DNA of 64,000 bases from Patescibacteria group bacterium (lineage in GTDB: Bacteria; Patescibacteriota; Minisyncoccia; Minisyncoccales; PWPS01): NCBI GenBank assembly GCA_051745165.1, contig JBNJDU010000002.1, positions 5,479 to 69,478 on the forward strand, given 5' to 3'. Below the pieces are notes generated by a model that worked only from the letters and a program-made list of their open reading frames with translations, was not told the DNA's origin and did no database searches. Shown one piece after another: positions 33,967 through 45,315 of the stretch (position 1 is the first letter of the stretch; the number at the start of each line of letters is the position of its first letter). A program made the position numbers and the translations under genes.

Positions 33967-35040
33967 TTATTTTTCTTCTCTCTTTTCTTGCATCTTTTTC
34001 TTAATTTCTTCTTCAATCTCTTCAGCTAATTCTTTATTTTCTTCTAAAAAGTCCTTAGAGTTGCTCTTTCCTTGTCCTAGTTTTTTATCATTATAACTAT
34101 ACCAAGAACCCGCTTTTTCAACTACATCCATTTCTACACCTACTTTAAGAAGGTCTCCGTAATAAGAAATTCCTTCGTTGTAATAAATGTCGAATTGAGC
34201 TTTTCTAAATGGAGCTCCAACCTTGTTTTTAACTACTTTTGCTACTACTCTATTACCAATTATCTCTCCTTTAGATTTAATCTGTGCTCTTCTAGAAAGG
34301 CTAATTCTTACTGAAGAATAAAATTTGAGAGCTAAACCACCAGAAGTCGTTCTTGGATTTCCAAACTTAACTCCAATTTTCATTCTAGTCTGATTCAAAA
34401 ATATTACCGTCGTATCTGTTTCGGAAATAACTTTTGAAAGCTTTCTCAGGGCTGATGACATCAATCGGGCTTGTTTTCCGATCTGTTGATCACCTACCTC
34501 ACCTGCAATCTCGCTCTTAGGCGCTAGGGCGGCTACCGAGTCAATTACAATCACATCAACCTCTCCAGATCGTGTTAAAGTTTCTACAATCTGCAAAGCT
34601 TGCTCTCCGGAGTCGGGTTGAGAGATTAAAAGCTCATCAATATTAACTCCTATTCTTTTAGCGTATCCAGGATCTAGAGCGTTTTCAACATCTATAAAAG
34701 CGGCAACTCCTCCCTTTTTCTGTGCTTCAGCAACAGTGTGTAATGAAAGAGTTGTCTTACCGGTAGAAGCAGACCCAAAGATTTCAATAACTCTTCCTCT
34801 AGGAATTCCTCCCACTCCTAAAGCCATATCAAGTGAAAAAGAGCCCGTAGGAATTGAATCTACATCTACAGCTCTTAAATCTTTTAGCTTCATTAAAGAC
34901 CCCTCTCCAAACTTCTGCTTAATTTCTTTCATTGCCTCTTTCAGCTCTTTACTTTCCATCTTGCTTTCCTTCTTTTCTTTTTTCTTCTTTTTTTTACTTT
35001 TCTTATTCTTTTCTTCTTTTTTCTTCTTTTTTTTAGCCAT
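33967..35040 (-). CDS. recA: Recombinase RecA (with ~27-aa poly-Lys N-terminal extension if the first ATG is used; alternative start at the Met near 34960)
   Basis: Walker [11 protein letters not shown]1/L2 loops, conserved core. Confidence 0.95.
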   Translation of the reverse strand: MAKKKKKKEEKNKKSKKKKKKEKKESKMESKELKEAMKEIKQKFGEGSLMKLKDLRAVDVDSIPTGSFSLDMALGVGGIPRGRVIEIFGSASTGKTTLSLHTVAEAQKKGGVAAFIDVENALDPGYAKRIGVNIDELLISQPDSGEQALQIVETLTRSGEVDVIVIDSVAALAPKSEIAGEVGDQQIGKQARLMSSALRKLSKVISETDTTVIFLNQTRMKIGVKFGNPRTTSGGLALKFYSSVRISLSRRAQIKSKGEIIGNRVVAKVVKNKVGAPFRKAQFDIYYNEGISYYGDLLKVGVEMDVVEKAGSWYSYNDKKLGQGKSNSKDFLEENKELAEEIEEEIKKKMQEKREEK

Positions 35041-35077
35041 GTTAATTTAATTATTGATTATTATTTAAATTATTATT

Positions 35078-37213
35078 TTAATCTTGATCAGAATTTAAGT
35101 CTTCAGCAGTAAACTCTTCATCTTCTTCATTATCATTATCTCCGTAAACTACTCTTGGCTTAGATCCTCTGGAAGGGCCAACGATATTTCTTGCTTCTAA
35201 CATATCAAGAATTCTAGCCGCTCTTACATACCCAATACGTAGTTTTCTTTGAAGCATCGATGCAGAGGCTTTATCAGCTCGTATAACCAAATCTTTCGCA
35301 TCTTCATATAACTCGTCTTCTTCCATGTTTTCTTCCACCTTTTGAGCTCTGTCCTTCTCTAACTCGTCCTCTAGGTCCTCACTAAGATCATCATCTTCAT
35401 CGATATCATCCTCAGCTTTATCAACTAACCAATTTACAACCTCTTTCACTTCTTCTTCAGAAACAAAAGGTCCTTGAACTCTCTTTGGCTTTGAACTATT
35501 GGAAGAAACAAAGAGCATATCACCAGCACCGAGAAGTCTTTCCGCTCCACCCATATCCAGAATTGTTCTTGAATCAACCTGGGAAGCAACTTGAAAACTA
35601 ACCCTGGAAGTAATATTAGCTTTAATCAGGCCAGTAATAACCTCAACAGAAGGGCGTTGTGTTGCTAATATAAGGTGAATTCCAACTGCTCTAGCCATTT
35701 GAGCAATACGAACAATACCGCTTTCAATTTCATTTTGCTTTTTCGCCATTAAGTCAGCTAACTCATCTACAACTAAAACGATATAAGGCATTACCTCCTC
35801 GTCATCTTGCTTTTTAGCCCAGTCATTATAAGTTCCTATATTTCTTTTTTTAGCTTCAGATAAAACATCAAACCTTCTTTCCATCTCTCCAATAAGCCAC
35901 TGCAAGGCATTATTTGTTTTTTCTGCATCATAAATTACGGAAGTTAGTAGATGAGGCAATCTTTTGTATAAGGAAAATTCTACTCTTTTCGGATCGACTA
36001 ATATAAGTCTCAAATCCTCTGGCGAATTTTTATATATAAGACTAAGTATTAAAGTATTTAAAAATATAGTTTTACCAGATCCGGTAGCACCGGCAACTAA
36101 AAGGTGAGGCATCTTAGCTAAATTAGCAAAGATTTCATTACCAGATACGTCTTTACCAACAGCCAAAGTAAGATCTGAATCGTGCTTTTTATAATTTTTA
36201 CCTAAAAGGTCTCCCAACCTAATCATCTCTCTGTCTTCATTGGGAACCTCAATACCAACTAATGATTTTCCTGGGATTGGAGCTTCGGTTCTTACCGGAT
36301 GCTTTGCTAAAGACAAAGCTAAGTCATCAGAAAGTGATGTTATCTTAGAAAGCTTAATTCCTTCTGCTGGTTTTAAGGTGTATTGAGTAACCGTTGGACC
36401 AACATTTATTTCTGACATGTCTACATCTATATCAAAGTTGGAAAAAGTTTTTTGAATTACTTTTGAATTCTTTTTAGTGTCACCAGGATCAGCGCTACCT
36501 CCTCCTTTTTCTAATAATTTAACTGGAGGAATAAGCTTTTTTCCGGGAAGGGTTGTTGATTTTTCCTTTTCTGTTTCTTCTTCTTTTTCAACCTTTTCTT
36601 CTTTATCGTTGTCTTCTATTTTTTTAGTTTCAAAACTAGGTGCAAATATCTTTTTTATTACAGAAGGTTGAGTTCTTTTTCTTTCTCTTCTTCTTTCAAA
36701 AAAGTTTTCTACCGCTTCAACAAAAGAAGCATCTTTATATAAAAGATTCCAAAAAATAACAAGTCCAATTAAAGTTCCAATTGAAAAAATAAGTAAACTA
36801 GCCGGTCTTCCAAGAAAATCTTCTAAACCGTTACTCATTGCAGATCCTATTATCCCTCCTATTTCCGCATCATTAATCCGATTAAAGCCACTACCTAAAA
36901 CAGTGAAAAATCCAGTTGCTCCCGAAAGTACAAGCAGAAATCCCGCGACAAGCGGGGCTACAAACTGCTCATATTCAGTTCTAATAAAAATCCAGCCGGA
37001 GATAAAAATTAACAGAGGAACTAAAGCAGCCATTCCACCAAACAAACTTTCAAAACCCTTTCTAAGAAAAGATCCTCCTTCACCAGCTTGATCAAAGGCG
37101 CTTAAAACGCCAATCATTGCAAAAAGAAAGAGAAGGAGACCGGTTATGATTCTCCTTATTTTACTAGAAAAGAATGGCTCCTTCTCTTTTTCTTTTTTCT
37201 TTTTCTTTCCCAT
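35078..37213 (-). CDS. ftsK: DNA translocase FtsK/SpoIIIE
   Basis: N-terminal TM domain, linker, motor domain with Walker A GATGSGKT, C-terminal gamma winged helix. Confidence 0.9.
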   Translation of the reverse strand: MGKKKKKEKEKEPFFSSKIRRIITGLLLFLFAMIGVLSAFDQAGEGGSFLRKGFESLFGGMAALVPLLIFISGWIFIRTEYEQFVAPLVAGFLLVLSGATGFFTVLGSGFNRINDAEIGGIIGSAMSNGLEDFLGRPASLLIFSIGTLIGLVIFWNLLYKDASFVEAVENFFERRRERKRTQPSVIKKIFAPSFETKKIEDNDKEEKVEKEEETEKEKSTTLPGKKLIPPVKLLEKGGGSADPGDTKKNSKVIQKTFSNFDIDVDMSEINVGPTVTQYTLKPAEGIKLSKITSLSDDLALSLAKHPVRTEAPIPGKSLVGIEVPNEDREMIRLGDLLGKNYKKHDSDLTLAVGKDVSGNEIFANLAKMPHLLVAGATGSGKTIFLNTLILSLIYKNSPEDLRLILVDPKRVEFSLYKRLPHLLTSVIYDAEKTNNALQWLIGEMERRFDVLSEAKKRNIGTYNDWAKKQDDEEVMPYIVLVVDELADLMAKKQNEIESGIVRIAQMARAVGIHLILATQRPSVEVITGLIKANITSRVSFQVASQVDSRTILDMGGAERLLGAGDMLFVSSNSSKPKRVQGPFVSEEEVKEVVNWLVDKAEDDIDEDDDLSEDLEDELEKDRAQKVEENMEEDELYEDAKDLVIRADKASASMLQRKLRIGYVRAARILDMLEARNIVGPSRGSKPRVVYGDNDNEEDEEFTAEDLNSDQD

Positions 37214-37254
37214 ATCTATTTAATTGTACCACAAATGAGGCTAAATTAAAGGAA

Positions 37255-40200
37255 TTAATTATCCTTTTCACTAAAACCAGTTCCAGCGGGGATCAACTTA
37301 CCAATAATTACATTCTCTTTAAGACCTTTAAGTGGATCAATTTTTCCTTCTAGAGAAGCTTCTATTAATACTTTAGATGTTTGTTGGAAAGAAGCAGCTG
37401 AAAGGAATGAGTCCGTGTTGAGAGCAACTTTGGATATTCCTAATAGAATTGGTTCTGCTTTCGGTGCCGCTTTACCTTTTTCATCCATTTTTTCTTCTTT
37501 TTGTTTGAAAACGTCTCTTTCTATAATCTGTTTTGGAGTTAAGAAACTGTCACCAGGGTCAGTAACTCTCATTCTAGAAGTCATTTGCTTAACAATAACT
37601 TCTAAGTGCTTATCGTGAATATCAACACCTTGAGAAACATATACTTTTTGAGCTTCCTGTAAGATATGTCTCTTAGTTTCTGTGAGTCCTCTGGTCTTAA
37701 ATACTTTTTTAAGATCTAAATTACCTTCACAAAGCTGTGTTCCTGGTTCAACTCTCTCACCTCGCTCAACCCAAATTGCTTTATTTGGATCAATTTTATA
37801 ACTTTTAACTTCTTCTTTCTTAGTGTTTTCTGCATCTACTCTAATTTTAACAATCCTGTCTTCTTCATTTACTTCAATAACTTTACCAGCCACTTCAGAC
37901 ATTTCCGCTTTACCTTTTGGATTTCTAACTTCAAAAATCTCTTGAATTCTAGGAAGACCCATAGTAATATCAGTTCCGCCAGCCACACCACCTGTGTGGA
38001 ATGTCCTCATTGTAAGCTGTGTTCCTGGTTCACCAATGGCTTGAGCAGCTACAATACCAACTGCCTCACCTAGTTTAACCATCTTATTATGACCTAACTC
38101 CCATCCATAACATTTCTGACAAACTCCACTAGCTGCATTACAGGTCATTACCGAACGAACTCTAACTCGTTTAATATCACTTTCTTTAATTTTTTCAGCT
38201 GCTTCACTATCTATTATTTCACCAGACTTAACAATTACTTCTCCATCAATTTCAATATCTTCCAAAGAAGTTCTGCTTGCAATCTTGAAGTAGAAATCTT
38301 GATCTAACTCATCAGCATCTTCTTTCTTAATTACAATTCCTTCATCATCACCGCAGTCTTCTTCTGTAACTATAACTTCATGAGAAACATCAACTAATCT
38401 TCTAGTCAAGTAACCTGCACTTGCAGTTCTTAAAGCTGTATCAACTGTACCTTTTCTAGCACCATGTGTAGAAATAAAGTATTCCAACACATCAAACCCT
38501 TCTTTAAATGAGCTTTTAACTGGAAGTTCAATAACATCACCAGAAGGATTAACAACTAAACCTTTCATTCCTGCCATCTGAATTGGTTGTGACCAAGACC
38601 CTCTTGATCCGGAATCAGTAATAGTTAAAACTGATCCATATTCTGGTAATCCTTTAGGTACTAAATCTTCAATTTCATTTTTAGCTTTAGTCCAAATTTC
38701 AATTATCTTATCTGATCTTTCATCTTCAGAGAAAAGTCCTTGTTCATAATAATCTTCTACTTCTTTTGTCTTTTCTTCTGCTTCCTCTATTACGCTTTTC
38801 TTTTCTTTAGGAATAATAAGATCATCCATTCCCCAAGAAATACCAGATAAAGTAGAGTACTTATATCCTAGATTTTTAATATCATCAAGCATGTGATGAG
38901 CTTCACTAGGTTCATACTTTTTAATTATTTCGGCAACTACCTGTTTTAGTTTTCCAGATCCCATTGCTTCATTCTGGAAAGGTATCTCTTCAGGAAGAAT
39001 ATCATTAAATATTATTCTACCTACGTTAGTTTCTTTTATTTCTCCATCGATTCTAATTTTTACTTTAGCTCTTATATCAACTAAATCATGGTCTAAAGCT
39101 AATTTAGCTTCTTCAGGTGAGCCAAATACTTTTCCCTCTCCTTTTGCTCCTTTTTCAATTTGAGTTATCCAATAGCATCCTAGAACCATATCTTGAGAAG
39201 GAGATACAATTGGTTTACCTGTAGCTGGCTTAAGTAGATTCTCAGAGGAAAGCATTAACTCTTTAGCTTCTTTCTGTGCTTTTTTAGAAAGTGGAAGATG
39301 CACCGCCATTTGATCACCATCAAAGTCAGCATTAAATGCCTCACAAACCATTGGGTGTATTCTGATAGCTTCTCCTTCGGTAAGTACAGGTTCAAATGCT
39401 TGAATTCCAAGTCGGTGTAAGGTTGGTGCTCTATTTAAAAGTACTGCCTTTCCTTTTACAACTTCTTCCAGGATAGGCCAAACTTCATCATCCTTCTCGT
39501 CAATCATTTTAGTCGCTCCCTTTACGTTGTAAGCTAAATCATTATCTAAAATCTTTTGGATAATAAATGGTTTAAAGATCTCTAATGCCATCTTTTTAGG
39601 AAGGCCGCACTGATTTAAATCTAATTCAGGACCAACAACAATAACTGATCTACCTGAGTAATCAACTCTCTTACCAAGTAAATTCTGTCTGAATCTTCCT
39701 TGTTTACCTTTAAGCATGTCCGCTAAAGATTTGAGGAGTCTTTGTCCTCCGGTAGACGCTTGAGTTACTACTCCTTTTCTCATTTGATTATCAATCAAAG
39801 CATCAACACCCTCTTGAAGCATTCTTTTTTCATTTCTAACAATAACTTCCGGAGCTTCAATATCAAGTAAATTCTTGAGTCTGTTATTTCTATTAATTAC
39901 TCTTCTGTATAAATCATTAAGATCAGAAGAAGCATAACGACCACCATCAAGTTGAATAATTGGTCTTAAATCAGGAGGAAGTACAGGGATTACAGTTGGG
40001 AACATCCATTCCGGTCTAATATCAGCCTTCTGCATTGATCTAAAAACCTTGAGTCGCTTTAAATATTTCTTTCTTTTTGATTTAGAATTAGTTTCTTCCT
40101 TTAATTCAGTTAATTCTTTAATTTTGTCTTCTAAATCAATGTTTTCAAACATTTCTCTCAATGTTTCTGCACCTGTTCCAGCTTTAAAAATATCACCATA

Positions 40201-40824
40201 TTTTCTTTTATATCGGTGATACTCAACCTCAGTCAAAATTTTCTTTCGCTGAATAGATTTAATTTCTTCTTTAGTTTTATCTCTGGATTTTCTAAGTTTT
40301 TCTAAAGTTTGGTCTAATTGCTCACCTTCAAGATTTTCTTTTCTTTTATCTTTTTTCTTCTTAAATTCTTTTTTAAGTTGTTTTAAAATTCTTTCTTTTG
40401 CTTCTTTATCAACTTCAGTAACTATATATCCTGTGAAGTAAACTACTTTTTCAAGTTTTTTCTTAGAAATTCCTAAAACAAGCCCCATTTTAGATGGGAT
40501 TCCTCTTAAGTACCAAATATGAGAAACGGGTGCTGCTAGCTTGATGTGTCCCATTCTCTCTCTTCGTACTGAAGATTTAGTTACTTCTACTCCACATCTA
40601 TCACAAACAATTCCTTTATATCTAATCTTTTTATACTTACCACAGTAACACTGATAATCCTTTTCAGGACCAAATATTCGTTCGCAAAAAAGACCATTCT
40701 TTTCTGGTTTTTGATTTCGATAATTAATCGTTTCCGCTTCAGTAACCTCTCCATGAGACCAATCTAAAATATCCTCAGGAGAAGCCAATTTTATTTTTAT
40801 TGCGTCTACATCTTCTACACGCAT
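37255..40824 (-). CDS. rpoC: DNA-directed RNA polymerase subunit beta'
   Basis: [12 protein letters not shown] catalytic motif, zinc-binding N-terminal Cys cluster, trigger loop. Confidence 0.97.
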   Translation of the reverse strand: MRVEDVDAIKIKLASPEDILDWSHGEVTEAETINYRNQKPEKNGLFCERIFGPEKDYQCYCGKYKKIRYKGIVCDRCGVEVTKSSVRRERMGHIKLAAPVSHIWYLRGIPSKMGLVLGISKKKLEKVVYFTGYIVTEVDKEAKERILKQLKKEFKKKKDKRKENLEGEQLDQTLEKLRKSRDKTKEEIKSIQRKKILTEVEYHRYKRKYGDIFKAGTGAETLREMFENIDLEDKIKELTELKEETNSKSKRKKYLKRLKVFRSMQKADIRPEWMFPTVIPVLPPDLRPIIQLDGGRYASSDLNDLYRRVINRNNRLKNLLDIEAPEVIVRNEKRMLQEGVDALIDNQMRKGVVTQASTGGQRLLKSLADMLKGKQGRFRQNLLGKRVDYSGRSVIVVGPELDLNQCGLPKKMALEIFKPFIIQKILDNDLAYNVKGATKMIDEKDDEVWPILEEVVKGKAVLLNRAPTLHRLGIQAFEPVLTEGEAIRIHPMVCEAFNADFDGDQMAVHLPLSKKAQKEAKELMLSSENLLKPATGKPIVSPSQDMVLGCYWITQIEKGAKGEGKVFGSPEEAKLALDHDLVDIRAKVKIRIDGEIKETNVGRIIFNDILPEEIPFQNEAMGSGKLKQVVAEIIKKYEPSEAHHMLDDIKNLGYKYSTLSGISWGMDDLIIPKEKKSVIEEAEEKTKEVEDYYEQGLFSEDERSDKIIEIWTKAKNEIEDLVPKGLPEYGSVLTITDSGSRGSWSQPIQMAGMKGLVVNPSGDVIELPVKSSFKEGFDVLEYFISTHGARKGTVDTALRTASAGYLTRRLVDVSHEVIVTEEDCGDDEGIVIKKEDADELDQDFYFKIASRTSLEDIEIDGEVIVKSGEIIDSEAAEKIKESDIKRVRVRSVMTCNAASGVCQKCYGWELGHNKMVKLGEAVGIVAAQAIGEPGTQLTMRTFHTGGVAGGTDITMGLPRIQEIFEVRNPKGKAEMSEVAGKVIEVNEEDRIVKIRVDAENTKKEEVKSYKIDPNKAIWVERGERVEPGTQLCEGNLDLKKVFKTRGLTETKRHILQEAQKVYVSQGVDIHDKHLEVIVKQMTSRMRVTDPGDSFLTPKQIIERDVFKQKEEKMDEKGKAAPKAEPILLGISKVALNTDSFLSAASFQQTSKVLIEASLEGKIDPLKGLKENVIIGKLIPAGTGFSEKDN

Positions 40825-40859
40825 AGTATTAGTTTTTATTATTTTTCCCTTGGGGTTTA

Positions 40860-43800
40860 TTATTTCTCTTCTTTAATTTGAATGTTTAATCCAATAGCTT
40901 TCATTTCAGATAGTAAAAGCTGGAATGAAGCAGGTAGATTTGGCTTCTTAATTTCTTCACCTTTTAAAATTGCTTCGTAAGCAGCAGCTCTTCCAGGAAC
41001 ATCATCTGATTTTATAGTCAACATTTCTTGCAAGGTGTGCGCTGCTCCGTATCCTTGTAGAGCCCAAACTTCCATCTCTCCGAATCTCTGTCCACCGAAT
41101 TGTGCTTTACCACCCAGCGGTTGCTGAGTAATAAGAGAATACGGTCCAATAGCTCTCATGTGTAGCTTATCTTCAATCATGTGAATCAATTTCAGCATAT
41201 ACATATAACCAACAGTAACTTTTCTAGGAAATTTCTCTCCAGTTCTTCCGTCATACAAAGGTAGTTGTCCGCTTTCAGGCAACCCTGCTTTTCTAAGTTC
41301 TTCTTTAATATCTTCATTAGTTGCTCCCGACAAAGAAGGAGTTTCAGCTAAGTAGCCTAATTCTTTAGCAGCAAGTCCTAAGTGAGTTTCCATGATCTGT
41401 CCAATGTTCATTCTAGAAATAACACCGAGTGGGTTAAGAACAACATCAACAGGAGTTCCATCTTCCAAAAAAGGCATCTCCTCTTCCGGTAGTACAGTGG
41501 AAATAACACCCTTGTTACCATGTCTACCAGATAACTTATCACCGGTTTTAATCTTTCTCATTTGAGCAACTCTAACTTCTACTTTTTTAATTACTCCAGT
41601 ATCTAATTTATGTCCTTGTTCTCTAGAAAATACTTTAATTCCAACAACTCTTCCTTTCTTACCATGTTTCATTCTAAGTGAACTATCTTTTACATCTTTA
41701 GCTTTTTCTCCAAATATAGCTTTCAAAAGTCTTTCTTCGGGGGTAAGTTCAGATTTTCCTTTTGGTGAAATCTTACCTACTAAAATATCACCCGGTCCGA
41801 CTTCAGCACCAATTCTAATAATTCCCTCGTCATCTAAGTGTTTAAGTTTTTCTTCGGAAACGTTTGGTATATCGTTTGTAGTTACCTCCGGTCCTAATTT
41901 AGTTTCACGTACGTCACAAGTAAAGTTTTCAATGTGAATTGAGGTATAAATATCATCTTTTACCAATCTTTCGGATACTACAATAGCATCCTCATAGTTG
42001 TAACCTCTCCAAGGTAAGAAAGCAATTAATGGATTTTGTCCTAGGGCTAAACGGCCATCAACAATCGATCCACCATCAGAAATAATATCTCCCTGTTCAA
42101 CTTTTTCTCCCTTATCAACCGTTGGCTTTTGATGAAAGCAAGTATAATTATTAGTGTGAGAAAAGGTCTCTAATTCATGCTCATATTTCTTTCCATCTTT
42201 GTCCTCAATAATAATTTTCTTACCATCAACCGCTACAACCTCTCCGTCAGCCTTGGCTAAAACAGCATGCCCCGAATCTTTTGCTACCTTTTTTTCCATA
42301 CCCGTTCCAACATGAGGAACAGCAGGTTTGAGCAAAGGTACAGCCTGACGTTGCATATTTGCTCCCATTAGAGCACGATTAGCATCATCATTTTGTAGAA
42401 ATGGAATTGTAGAAGCAGCAACTGAAATTAACTGTTCAGCAGATACATCGATGTAATCAATCTCATCTTTATCTACCATTCCTGGTTCACCTTCAACTCT
42501 TGCTTCAACTCTTTCCGGGACTATTTCTCCGTCCTCAATTTCAACACCACCATGAGCAATTTTATATTGCTCTTCTTCATGAGCATCTAAATATTCTACC
42601 TCTTTAGTTACCTTCCCATTTTTCACTTTATAATAAGGTGTTTCAACAAATCCATATCGGTTTACTCTAGAAAAAAGAGCGAAGTGATTAACTAAACCTA
42701 CATTAGATCCTTCAGGGGTTTGAATTGGACAAATTCTTCCATAGTGGGAAGATTGTACATCTCTAGCTTCAAACCCAGCTCTTTCTCTAGTTAATCCTCC
42801 TGGTCCAGTAGCAGTAAGTCTTCTTTTATGCTCTAATTCGGCTAATGGATTTTCTTGATCCATAAATTGAGAAATAGCAGAAGACGAGAAAAACTTCTGA
42901 ACTTCGGAGGCAAAAGGTCTAGCATTAATTAATTTTGAAGGGTCAAGATTATCATCTTCAGCAGTTGAAATCTTATCCTTAACATTTCTGTCTATCCTCA
43001 TTAGAGCCTTTCTTAAATTATTTTCCAATAATTCTGTAAAAGCTCTAACTCTTCTATTTCCCAAGTGATCAATCTTATCTTCAGTAGCTTCTGGGTCATT
43101 ATTTAATCTAATTATTTCCTTAATTACTGCTATTACATCTTCTGTCTTTAAAGTCCTGTCTTCTGTTGTAATATCTCTATCCTCTTCTAGTTTTAGTTCG
43201 GGAAGTCGTTGCCACATTCTCCATCGCCCTACTTCAGAAAGATCATATCTATCAAAATTAAAGAATGTGTTTTCAATTAATTCTTTTGCTGGATCAGCCG
43301 TAACTGCTTCTCCTGGTCTCATTCTTCTATAAATCTCCATTACTGCTTCTTTTCTATTCTTAGAAGGGTCTCTTTCTAAAGTTCTTTTAATATAAGAAAT
43401 ATCACTCTTATCAATTTCATTAAAGATCTCTTTAATCTCTGCGTCAGTTCCTTTTTCCATCTTTTTTTCACCAACTCCAAGCGCTCTAAGTAGAGTGGTT
43501 ACTGGAACTTTTCTTCTTCTATCAATTCTAACTCCAATAAATCCATCTGGTTCGGAAACAAATTCTAACCAAGTTCCTCGATTAGGAATAATCTTTGCAC
43601 CGAAAACTTGTTCTCCTTTCTTTTCATCAGAAGTGAAAAAGGCACCTGGCGATCTAATAAGCTGCGAAACAGCAACTCTTTCAACACCGTTTACAATAAA
43701 AGTTCCTCTTCTGCTCATTAGAGGAAAATCACATAAAAATATTTCTTGCTTTTTAGTATCTTCTGTCTCCAAGTTTACGAGTTCTACTTCTACTTTAAGT

Positions 43801-44048
43801 GGAGCGGTGTAAGAATCATTATTTTCTTTTGCTTCGTGAGCATTTTCGTACTTGGATTCTTCTAATTTATAATCTGAAAAATAAATCTCCCATTCTTTAC
43901 CAGAGTAGTCTTTAATAGGAGAGGCTTCTTTAAATAAATTTTCTAACCTTTCTTCCCAAAATAAATCCCAACTTTCTTTTTGGAGATCTAATAAATAAGG
44001 AAGTTCGAGAGTATTTTTTCTGCGACCGAAATTTTTAACTTTTGGCAT
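40860..44048 (-). CDS. rpoB: DNA-directed RNA polymerase subunit beta
   Basis: Conserved rifampicin region and catalytic regions; full length. Confidence 0.97.
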   Translation of the reverse strand: MPKVKNFGRRKNTLELPYLLDLQKESWDLFWEERLENLFKEASPIKDYSGKEWEIYFSDYKLEESKYENAHEAKENNDSYTAPLKVEVELVNLETEDTKKQEIFLCDFPLMSRRGTFIVNGVERVAVSQLIRSPGAFFTSDEKKGEQVFGAKIIPNRGTWLEFVSEPDGFIGVRIDRRRKVPVTTLLRALGVGEKKMEKGTDAEIKEIFNEIDKSDISYIKRTLERDPSKNRKEAVMEIYRRMRPGEAVTADPAKELIENTFFNFDRYDLSEVGRWRMWQRLPELKLEEDRDITTEDRTLKTEDVIAVIKEIIRLNNDPEATEDKIDHLGNRRVRAFTELLENNLRKALMRIDRNVKDKISTAEDDNLDPSKLINARPFASEVQKFFSSSAISQFMDQENPLAELEHKRRLTATGPGGLTRERAGFEARDVQSSHYGRICPIQTPEGSNVGLVNHFALFSRVNRYGFVETPYYKVKNGKVTKEVEYLDAHEEEQYKIAHGGVEIEDGEIVPERVEARVEGEPGMVDKDEIDYIDVSAEQLISVAASTIPFLQNDDANRALMGANMQRQAVPLLKPAVPHVGTGMEKKVAKDSGHAVLAKADGEVVAVDGKKIIIEDKDGKKYEHELETFSHTNNYTCFHQKPTVDKGEKVEQGDIISDGGSIVDGRLALGQNPLIAFLPWRGYNYEDAIVVSERLVKDDIYTSIHIENFTCDVRETKLGPEVTTNDIPNVSEEKLKHLDDEGIIRIGAEVGPGDILVGKISPKGKSELTPEERLLKAIFGEKAKDVKDSSLRMKHGKKGRVVGIKVFSREQGHKLDTGVIKKVEVRVAQMRKIKTGDKLSGRHGNKGVISTVLPEEEMPFLEDGTPVDVVLNPLGVISRMNIGQIMETHLGLAAKELGYLAETPSLSGATNEDIKEELRKAGLPESGQLPLYDGRTGEKFPRKVTVGYMYMLKLIHMIEDKLHMRAIGPYSLITQQPLGGKAQFGGQRFGEMEVWALQGYGAAHTLQEMLTIKSDDVPGRAAAYEAILKGEEIKKPNLPASFQLLLSEMKAIGLNIQIKEEK

Positions 44049-44232
44049 AATTTTTTAACTAGCTTTAACAAACAAAACAGGCCCTACTCAAACTATAGGG
44101 TTTATTTCTACGTTTTTTTATTAATAAAAAAGCTTAGACAAAGAGAGTAAATCGCTTACTATTTTATTCAAATTTCGAACTGGTAGCTTTAGTGCTACTT
44201 ATTCTACTTTTTTTAAAAAGGTTTGTCAAGGG

Positions 44233-45315
44233 CTAGTTGTTATTATACCGCATACTCTCCACAATTCCAAGGCCTGTAAAGAAGAAAAGCGTTGAACTTC
44301 CTCCATAAGTAACGAAAGGCAAAGGAGTTCCCATTATCGGTAGAAGCCCTAAATTCATCCCGATATTTACAAAGCTCTGAAACATTACAATTATTAAAAA
44401 TCCAGAAACAAACAACCGAGGAAAATTAAATTTTGTATTAAATATAATTTTAAACATCCGCCAAAATAAAATCCCAAAGGCAAAAATTAGAAGAGAAACA
44501 GTTAAAAATCCCATTTCTTCAGCAATGGCTGCAAATATAAAATCGGTATGCGGTTCAGGTAAAAATCCGTACTGAGTTTGAGTTCCCTCTCCTAACCCAG
44601 TTCCAAGCAATCCGCCATTTCCAATTGCTATTTTAGCATGGTTTCCGCCCCATCCTATTCCTTGAGGATCAAATTGCGGGTTAATAAAGCTAATCACTCT
44701 ATCTTTTTGATAATCTTGCATCAAAAATCCCCAAACTAAACCTAAAGAAACAATTCCAATAGCTGATAGAGCTAAAAAGTGCCTTAATTTAATACCAGAA
44801 ATTAAAAGTATTCCGCCCCATAGAACTAAAAATATTGCTGCTGTTCCCATATCGGGCTGTCTAAAAATTAGGTAAGTCGGGATAAAAGCGTAAATGCCAG
44901 ATAAAATAATATGTCTTATCTTATACAGCTCTACATGCCGCATAGAGAAGTACTTTGCAAGTAGAATAATTAAAGTTAACTTGGCAAATTCTGCCGGTGA
45001 AACCATGATCGGTCCTATTCGGAACCATCTTTGGACATTTCGTATCTTAGGGCCAAAAAGAAGAAGTCCGATAAGCAAACCTGTGGATAGCAGATAAAGT
45101 CCTAAAACAAGCAGGGAATTTTCTTTAAGAATTCTCCAATCAAAAAAAGATAAAATAAAATAAATTAAAATTCCCGATCCAACAAAAAAAGCTTGCCTAG
45201 CAGCAGTTTCCATACCAGCTGAACTATAAATTGATAGAACACTAATGGAGGTAATAATTCCAATAGCTCCTAATATAAAAAAGTCTAAATTTAAAAATCT
45301 ATCTATTACCTTCAT
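44233..45315 (-). CDS. SEDS-family peptidoglycan glycosyltransferase (FtsW/RodA)
   Basis: 10-TM topology with conserved periplasmic loop motifs (QPDMGTA, PEPHTDFIFA). Confidence 0.85.
   Translation of the reverse strand: MKVIDRFLNLDFFILGAIGIITSISVLSIYSSAGMETAARQAFFVGSGILIYFILSFFDWRILKENSLLVLGLYLLSTGLLIGLLLFGPKIRNVQRWFRIGPIMVSPAEFAKLTLIILLAKYFSMRHVELYKIRHIILSGIYAFIPTYLIFRQPDMGTAAIFLVLWGGILLISGIKLRHFLALSAIGIVSLGLVWGFLMQDYQKDRVISFINPQFDPQGIGWGGNHAKIAIGNGGLLGTGLGEGTQTQYGFLPEPHTDFIFAAIAEEMGFLTVSLLIFAFGILFWRMFKIIFNTKFNFPRLFVSGFLIIVMFQSFVNIGMNLGLLPIMGTPLPFVTYGGSSTLFFFTGLGIVESMRYNNN

Noticed and set aside
32902-37618. ORFs 32902..33135, 33434..33646, 33646..33894, 34736..35050, 36477..36671, 36903..37091 and 37415..37618
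   Set aside because: They are antisense to rpsF, ssb, rpsR, recA, ftsK and rpoC; the real genes on the other strand have strong homology signatures.
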